DNA of 64,000 nt from NCBI GenBank assembly GCA_001801465.1, contig MGXT01000020.1:134228-198227 (forward strand), written 5' to 3'. Positions 58,882 through 64,000 of this stretch are shown here, piece after piece. The DNA comes from Gammaproteobacteria bacterium RIFCSPHIGHO2_12_FULL_35_23 (GTDB lineage Bacteria > Pseudomonadota > Gammaproteobacteria > UBA12402). Numbering within the stretch: position 1 is the first letter of the stretch; each line of letters begins with the position of its first letter. Position numbers and translations under genes: made by a program. Below the pieces are notes generated by a model. That model was not told the origin of the DNA, made no database searches, and saw only the letters and a program-made list of their open reading frames with translations.

Positions 58882-60111
58882 ATGGGTAAAAGAAGTAATG
58901 TTTGTTTAAGATATACCTTTGCAGGGGCTACGTTTTTTCTTTCAGCTAGTCAAACGGCAGCTTCAATACCCAGCAAATTTTGGGGTTTTGCGGCCGGCGC
59001 TATAGTTGGTTTATCTGATGCAGTGAATAATTTTTTATTTGTAGGAGCTGGTTTAGCAGCAGAAGATACTTCTATTTCTAGTACCAAGCTTGTTATAGCA
59101 AGAAAGACTTCTAGAAGAGATGAAGAGAGTGGGAGGGAGTTAGACAGTGTCACAGGGGGCGGCAATACTGAAAAATCTGCTTTACTAGGTAACTATGAAT
59201 GTTGTTATAAAGCCTATATTGTTCAAGGACTAACATTAGGCGTCAATGTGATTAGTGCAGGAGTGTGCAGATATTATACCTATCATTCTATTAGAATAAC
59301 TTTAAATGATTTGTGTGAAGGTGATATACCAGAGGTTGCTTTTTGGCCCTTAGTGATGCTTTCAATATTTATCGCAGCGCTTAAAATTATTTTAATTGAT
59401 AGTTATCCTACTTTAAGAAAAATCGTCAAAAAATTTGATAACAATCCTAAGGCAAAACCAATTACAGCACGTTTATTGCAAGGACTTCAAGATCCCCACT
59501 TACTTGCTTTGGTTCGAGAAATATTAATGATAGAAATGGTTATTGCTGATGGCGCGAGCCTTTTTCCTCTTCCGGAAGGAGTCGTACGAAGACGGTTAGG
59601 ACGATGTTCAGAAGGGTTTAAATCCTTTGAATCTGCAATGGGAGGATTATCTTTTTTTACAATAGTAGCCTCTTATCCTTTGGGTAAAAAATTTGATGGT
59701 CATGCTTTACTTAATAATGTTGAACATGCTTTAGACAAACCGCTAACAGAAAGAGATATTAGAGTTTCTCAATGTCAGGCAAGTTTGTTTAAAGCTTCAA
59801 TTCATTATACTTGTGCTATGCGGGGATTGGCAGCTGTTGCTTTTATGGCTATGGCAATTTTAATATTGTTAGATCGATTTGGTTTTATCAATCATAATGA
59901 TAAGCCTGGGGATAGATCAGAGCTCACAGAAATGATTGCTTTTCTATCTTCTTTTGGACCAGCGTTAACAGTTGGGATTATAATGTGGATAGGTAATCTT
60001 CAAACTGAAGCGGGAGCTGCTATAGATGCTATTAAAATAGATGATAGGGCTAGCTTAGATTCGTCAAATGGCTTTGATCCAGATCATGCTATAGTTTCAA
60101 GACGCTCTTAA
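58882..60111 (+). CDS. orphan multi-pass membrane protein, candidate effector
   Basis: several hydrophobic segments, Cys-rich, low-complexity loop containing EKSALL; no recognised bacterial family. Confidence 0.72.
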   Translation: MGKRSNVCLRYTFAGATFFLSASQTAASIPSKFWGFAAGAIVGLSDAVNNFLFVGAGLAAEDTSISSTKLVIARKTSRRDEESGRELDSVTGGGNTEKSALLGNYECCYKAYIVQGLTLGVNVISAGVCRYYTYHSIRITLNDLCEGDIPEVAFWPLVMLSIFIAALKIILIDSYPTLRKIVKKFDNNPKAKPITARLLQGLQDPHLLALVREILMIEMVIADGASLFPLPEGVVRRRLGRCSEGFKSFESAMGGLSFFTIVASYPLGKKFDGHALLNNVEHALDKPLTERDIRVSQCQASLFKASIHYTCAMRGLAAVAFMAMAILILLDRFGFINHNDKPGDRSELTEMIAFLSSFGPALTVGIIMWIGNLQTEAGAAIDAIKIDDRASLDSSNGFDPDHAIVSRRS

Positions 60112-60206
60112 CAAATTTCTCACTATTAATTCTCCTGTTAATCAAAGATAGATCAAGTATTTATCTCATGATAAGATTAGACTAATTTAATTTTAAGGAG
60201 AAAGTT

Positions 60207-60590
60207 ATGATTGATCATATAGGAATCGAAGTTGCAGATTATGAAACGTCTAAACAATTTTATAGTAAGGCTTTAGCTCCTTTAAAATATAAACTGTTAA
60301 TGGAAATGTCAGGATTTGCTGGTTTTGGGGTAGAAAATGGCGCAGGACCTATTGCTAATTTTTGGATACATCAAGGAGCTTCGCCTAGCCATAACACACA
60401 TATAGCTTTTACAGCCAAGGATAGATTAACTGTCGATTCTTTTTATAAGGCTGCTATCTCAGCGGGTGGAGCTTGTAATGGTAAGCCCGGTGTTCGCGAA
60501 ATCTATCATCCTAATTATTATGGAGCTTTTATATTAGATCCAGATGGTAATAATATTGAAGCCGTTTGTCATAAACCTCCAATAGGCTAG
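60207..60590 (+). CDS. VOC/glyoxalase-family protein
   Basis: MIDHIGI.V, HIAF.A, NG.PG.R..YHP.YYGAFILDPDGNNIEAVCH. Confidence 0.93.
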   Translation: MIDHIGIEVADYETSKQFYSKALAPLKYKLLMEMSGFAGFGVENGAGPIANFWIHQGASPSHNTHIAFTAKDRLTVDSFYKAAISAGGACNGKPGVREIYHPNYYGAFILDPDGNNIEAVCHKPPIG

Positions 60591-61138
60591 TGATGATTTG
60601 TACAGAACGATTGATACTACGAAAATGGATAGACAAAGATCTAGAGCCATTTGCTGCTATCAATCAAGATCCAAAAGTTATGGAATTTTTTCCAGGTCAA
60701 CTAACAAGAGAAGAAACTCTAGTATTAATAACTCGCTTTAATGCACATATTGAACAACATGGTTTTGGTCTTTATGCTTGTGAAGAGCGGCACTCAAGAC
60801 AATTCATTGGTTTTGTAGGCCTTAATATACCCAATTTTAAAGCTCATTTTACCCCGTGTGTGGAAGTTGGGGCTAGGCTTGCAGTAAAATTTTGGGGAAT
60901 AGATTATGCTTTAGAAGCTGCTCGTAAAATGATAGCAGTTGGGTTTGAGCAGTTTGCTTTAAGCGAAATTGTTGGGTTTACAACAGTTAATAATAAACGC
61001 TCAAGAGGGTTAATGGAAAAGATAGGGATGCAGCGTGATCCAAATGATGATTTTTATCATCCAAACATTAATATTGATCATCCCCTGGGCCTACATGTAC
61101 TGTATCGATTAAGAAATGAGAAATTTACTAATAGCTAG
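60590..61138 (+). CDS. GNAT acetyltransferase, RimJ/RimL type
   Basis: TERLILR.W, DP.VMEFFP, FIGFVGL, VEVG.RL, N.RSR.LMEKIGM. Confidence 0.9.
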   Translation: MMICTERLILRKWIDKDLEPFAAINQDPKVMEFFPGQLTREETLVLITRFNAHIEQHGFGLYACEERHSRQFIGFVGLNIPNFKAHFTPCVEVGARLAVKFWGIDYALEAARKMIAVGFEQFALSEIVGFTTVNNKRSRGLMEKIGMQRDPNDDFYHPNINIDHPLGLHVLYRLRNEKFTNS

Positions 61139-61160
61139 TTAAACCAAAGGGATAAAAATA

Positions 61161-61556
61161 ATGCTTAGTAAGCAAGAATCGGCTCAGTTAGTTATTTCAG
61201 CTTTAATGGCTATAATCAATAATAAACAGGGTGCTGCAGAGACTTTTCAGAAATATGTTGCTGCAGAGTATATTTAATAGGTAGATAAAAAAATATTACG
61301 ATATCATGATTTAGTTGATCATATGACAAAGCAGATCGAAAAATTTAAAGTTTTGAAAATAATTTTTAAAGAAGTATTTTCTGAAGATAATAGGGTTTGT
61401 AGCCTTCATGTTATTCACGCCATTGATAATAATGGGTTGAAATTTTATATGCAATCACAAGCTATATTTTATGTAGACAACTGTAAAATAACGAAGTGTA
61501 TAGAGCTAACTCATTTCATAGAGAATAAGAATGATTGGTTTCTTATGACAAAATAA
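61161..61556 (+). pseudogene. SnoaL/NTF2-like protein with tandem in-frame stops (61275-61280)
   Basis: ATG 61161 in frame with ORF 61323: ...KYVAAEYI**VDKKILRYHDLVDHM...KITKCIELT. Confidence 0.72.
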
Positions 61557-61583
61557 ATAAAGCTAAATTTTTGGTAATTTTTT

Positions 61584-62954
61584 ATGAAAATTTTTACTGA
61601 TATTTTAAATTCTCTACAGATAGATTACAGCGATTCCTATTCTGTTCAAATAGAGGGAAAAGATCCGATATTGCCCACTCCATTTTTATTAGGAGAAGCT
61701 AGCGCAGCTGCACAGGCTGCTATGGGTTATGCTGTTTCAGTGTTGTGGTTTTTAAAAACACAAAGATATCAAACGGTGAGAATTAAGGTTAAAGAAGCTG
61801 CTATAGCTTTACGTTCTCACCAATATTTAAGAATAGTAAATAATATTACACCAGAGCTTTGGGATCCTATTTCAGGATTTTATCAAACTAAAAATAATCG
61901 TTGGGTGCAATTACACTGTAATTTTCCTAATCATCGCCAAGGCGTCATCGCTACTTTAAGGTGTCAAAATTCTAAACCTGCTGTTATCAAAACTGTAAAA
62001 AATTGGGAAGGTGAAAAATTAGAGGCAATTTTATTAGAGCAAGGGTTGTGTGCTGCATTAGTGCGTAGTGCTGATGAATGGGAAAATCATCCACAGGCTA
62101 AAGCAACTCGAGATCTGCCCTTATTAGAAGTTGTTAAAATAAATGAAAGTTCGCCAGAGCCTTTGCCGACAGGAAATTTACCTTTATCCGGCATCAAAGT
62201 ATTGGATTTAACACGCGTTATCGCCGGCCCAGTAGGGGGTAAAATATTAGCTCAATTTGGAGCAACTGTGATGTCTGTAACGAGTCCGCATTTACCGTTT
62301 ATTTTGCCGTTAATTATTGACAACGGCTTTGGAAAATTGTCGACTCAGTTAGACTTAAACTTACCTGCTGAAAAAGAGCAACTTTATAAACTTATAGCCA
62401 AAGCAGACATTTTTTTACAAGCCTACCGACCACAAGGCTTGGATCATTTAGGTTTTTCTCCTCACACTTTAGCTAGCAAGAGACCTGGTATTATTTATAT
62501 CAGCTTAAGCGCTTATGCCCATCAAGGACCTTGGTCTTCTTATCATGGCTTTGATAGTTTGGTTCAATCTGCAACAGGATTAGTCTTTGAGCAAAGTAAA
62601 AACAAATTATTTCCACAACATTTGCCCGGCCAAGCTTTGGATTACATTGCCGGTTATTTGCTAGCTTTTGGAGCACTTGAAGCACTACGAAGACGTGCCA
62701 CAGAAGGAGGCAGTTATTGGGTTAGGGTTTCGCTACTACAAGTAGCTACTTGGTTGAAAAATTTAAAAAGAGTAGAGAATTATAACGATTTAAATATTCC
62801 AACAAGAAATCAATTACTTAATTTATTAACCCAAACTGTTACCTCTTTTGGATTAATTGAACATATGCTTCCTGTATTACACCTTTCTGAAACGCCACCT
62901 ACTTGGAGCCGTTCTGCTGTACCTTTAGATACACATCCACCACGCTGGCCTTAA
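61584..62954 (+). CDS. CoA-transferase family III (CaiB/BaiF-like)
   Basis: GFYQTK..RWVQLHCNFP.H, PLSGIKVLDLTRVIAGP, AD.FLQAYRP, GFDSLVQ. Confidence 0.92.
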   Translation: MKIFTDILNSLQIDYSDSYSVQIEGKDPILPTPFLLGEASAAAQAAMGYAVSVLWFLKTQRYQTVRIKVKEAAIALRSHQYLRIVNNITPELWDPISGFYQTKNNRWVQLHCNFPNHRQGVIATLRCQNSKPAVIKTVKNWEGEKLEAILLEQGLCAALVRSADEWENHPQAKATRDLPLLEVVKINESSPEPLPTGNLPLSGIKVLDLTRVIAGPVGGKILAQFGATVMSVTSPHLPFILPLIIDNGFGKLSTQLDLNLPAEKEQLYKLIAKADIFLQAYRPQGLDHLGFSPHTLASKRPGIIYISLSAYAHQGPWSSYHGFDSLVQSATGLVFEQSKNKLFPQHLPGQALDYIAGYLLAFGALEALRRRATEGGSYWVRVSLLQVATWLKNLKRVENYNDLNIPTRNQLLNLLTQTVTSFGLIEHMLPVLHLSETPPTWSRSAVPLDTHPPRWP

Positions 62955-63049
62955 AATATAGAGTATTATTTTTATCATTTTAATAAAAAATATAGACTTT
63001 GCTAGGCCTGCTCGATACGATTAGACATCCTAATAAATAGATAAAGTAT

Positions 63050-64000
63050 ATGAAAAGCAAGCTCAAAGTAGGAATAATTTTTGGTGGTAAATCTGCAGAA
63101 CACGAAGTTTCATTACAATCAGCCAAGAATATCTATCAAGCTATCAATAAAGATAAATATGATGTGGTACTTATTGGTATTGATAAACAAGGGCAGTGGT
63201 TGTTAAGCAATGATTCTCAACTTTTAATTGAACAAAATAACCCAAGATTGACCAAACTTAACTTATCAAATGAAGTGGCATTGGTACCACAAAGCAATGG
63301 TAAGCTTGTTAATGTTCATACAGGTCAATCTCATCATGCTGTTGATGTTGTTTTTCCCATTTTACATGGTCCTTTTGGTGAAGATGGAACAATTCAAGGA
63401 TTACTAAAACTTGCTAATATACCTTTTGTGGGCGCTGGTGTCTTAGGTTCTGCTGTAGGGATGGATAAAGATGTGATGAAGCGTCTTTTGCGTGATGCTC
63501 ATATCCCTGTAGCAAAATTCTTAAGTATCAAAGAAAAGAATATCCCAAGTTTTGCTGAAGTGGTTAAAAGTTTAGGACTACCATTTTTTGTGAAACCTGC
63601 TAATTTGGGATCTTCAGTAGGAATTAATAAAGTTCATACTGAACAAGAGTATCAAGCAGCCATAGCAGAAGCCTTTAGTTTTGATAAAAAAGTGTTAATT
63701 GAAGAATTTATTCAAGGTCGAGAAATTGAATGCTCTGTATTGGGTAATGAGGATCCAATAGTTTCACTTCCGGGTGAAGTGATTTCTCATCATGACTTTT
63801 ATTCTTATGATGCTAAGTATATTGATAAAAACGGTGCTTCTTTAGAAATTCCTGCCAAAATTTCTTCTCCTGCAACCAAGCGAATTCAAGAGCTTGCCCT
63901 GCAAGTTTTTACAGTTTTAGAATGTGAAGATATGGCTAGAGTTGATTTCTTTTTAAAAGAAGATGATACCGTTTTAGTCAATGAAATTAATACTATACCA
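63050..64000 (+). CDS. ddlA: D-alanine--D-alanine ligase, 3'-partial
   Basis: KVGIIFGGKSAEHEVSLQSA, FPILHGPFGEDGTIQG, VKPANLGSSVG, FYSYDAKY, ends at VNEINTIP at the window edge; not in the ORF track. Confidence 0.96.
   Translation, partial: MKSKLKVGIIFGGKSAEHEVSLQSAKNIYQAINKDKYDVVLIGIDKQGQWLLSNDSQLLIEQNNPRLTKLNLSNEVALVPQSNGKLVNVHTGQSHHAVDVVFPILHGPFGEDGTIQGLLKLANIPFVGAGVLGSAVGMDKDVMKRLLRDAHIPVAKFLSIKEKNIPSFAEVVKSLGLPFFVKPANLGSSVGINKVHTEQEYQAAIAEAFSFDKKVLIEEFIQGREIECSVLGNEDPIVSLPGEVISHHDFYSYDAKYIDKNGASLEIPAKISSPATKRIQELALQVFTVLECEDMARVDFFLKEDDTVLVNEINTIP

Overview
AT-rich gammaproteobacterial chromosome segment. Gene content and order suggest a host-associated Legionellales/Coxiellaceae-like organism (inference). 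1-22.4 kb is core genome: gyrA(partial)-serC-[truncated K+-channel sensor domain where aroA usually sits]-cmk-rpsA, glmM, an HU-like protein with a histone-H1-like tail, lapAB-dusA, a 2OG-Fe(II) oxygenase, tRNA-fMet-rimP-nusA-infB-rbfA-truB, and rpsF-rpsR-DUF2232-rplI-dnaB-alr. 22.4-64 kb is mostly accessory apart from radA, rnpB and a partial ddlA. It holds efflux and detoxification genes, secreted proteins, several pseudogenes and orphan genes that look like secreted effectors. Main observations: (i) three effector-like orphans (1779-aa protein, eukaryote-like kinase, multi-TM protein) share a PmrA-type cTTAA direct repeat placed exactly 7 nt upstream of a -10 box; (ii) two orphans have N-termini resembling mitochondrial presequences; (iii) a divergent Hfq paralogue lacks the rim arginines; (iv) a MATE pump has a leader that hides its RBS and contains a 9-codon uORF; (v) a decayed IS30 appears to enclose an intact DUF917 passenger gene. 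All calls come from reading the sequence and recalled family motifs; no database searches were run.
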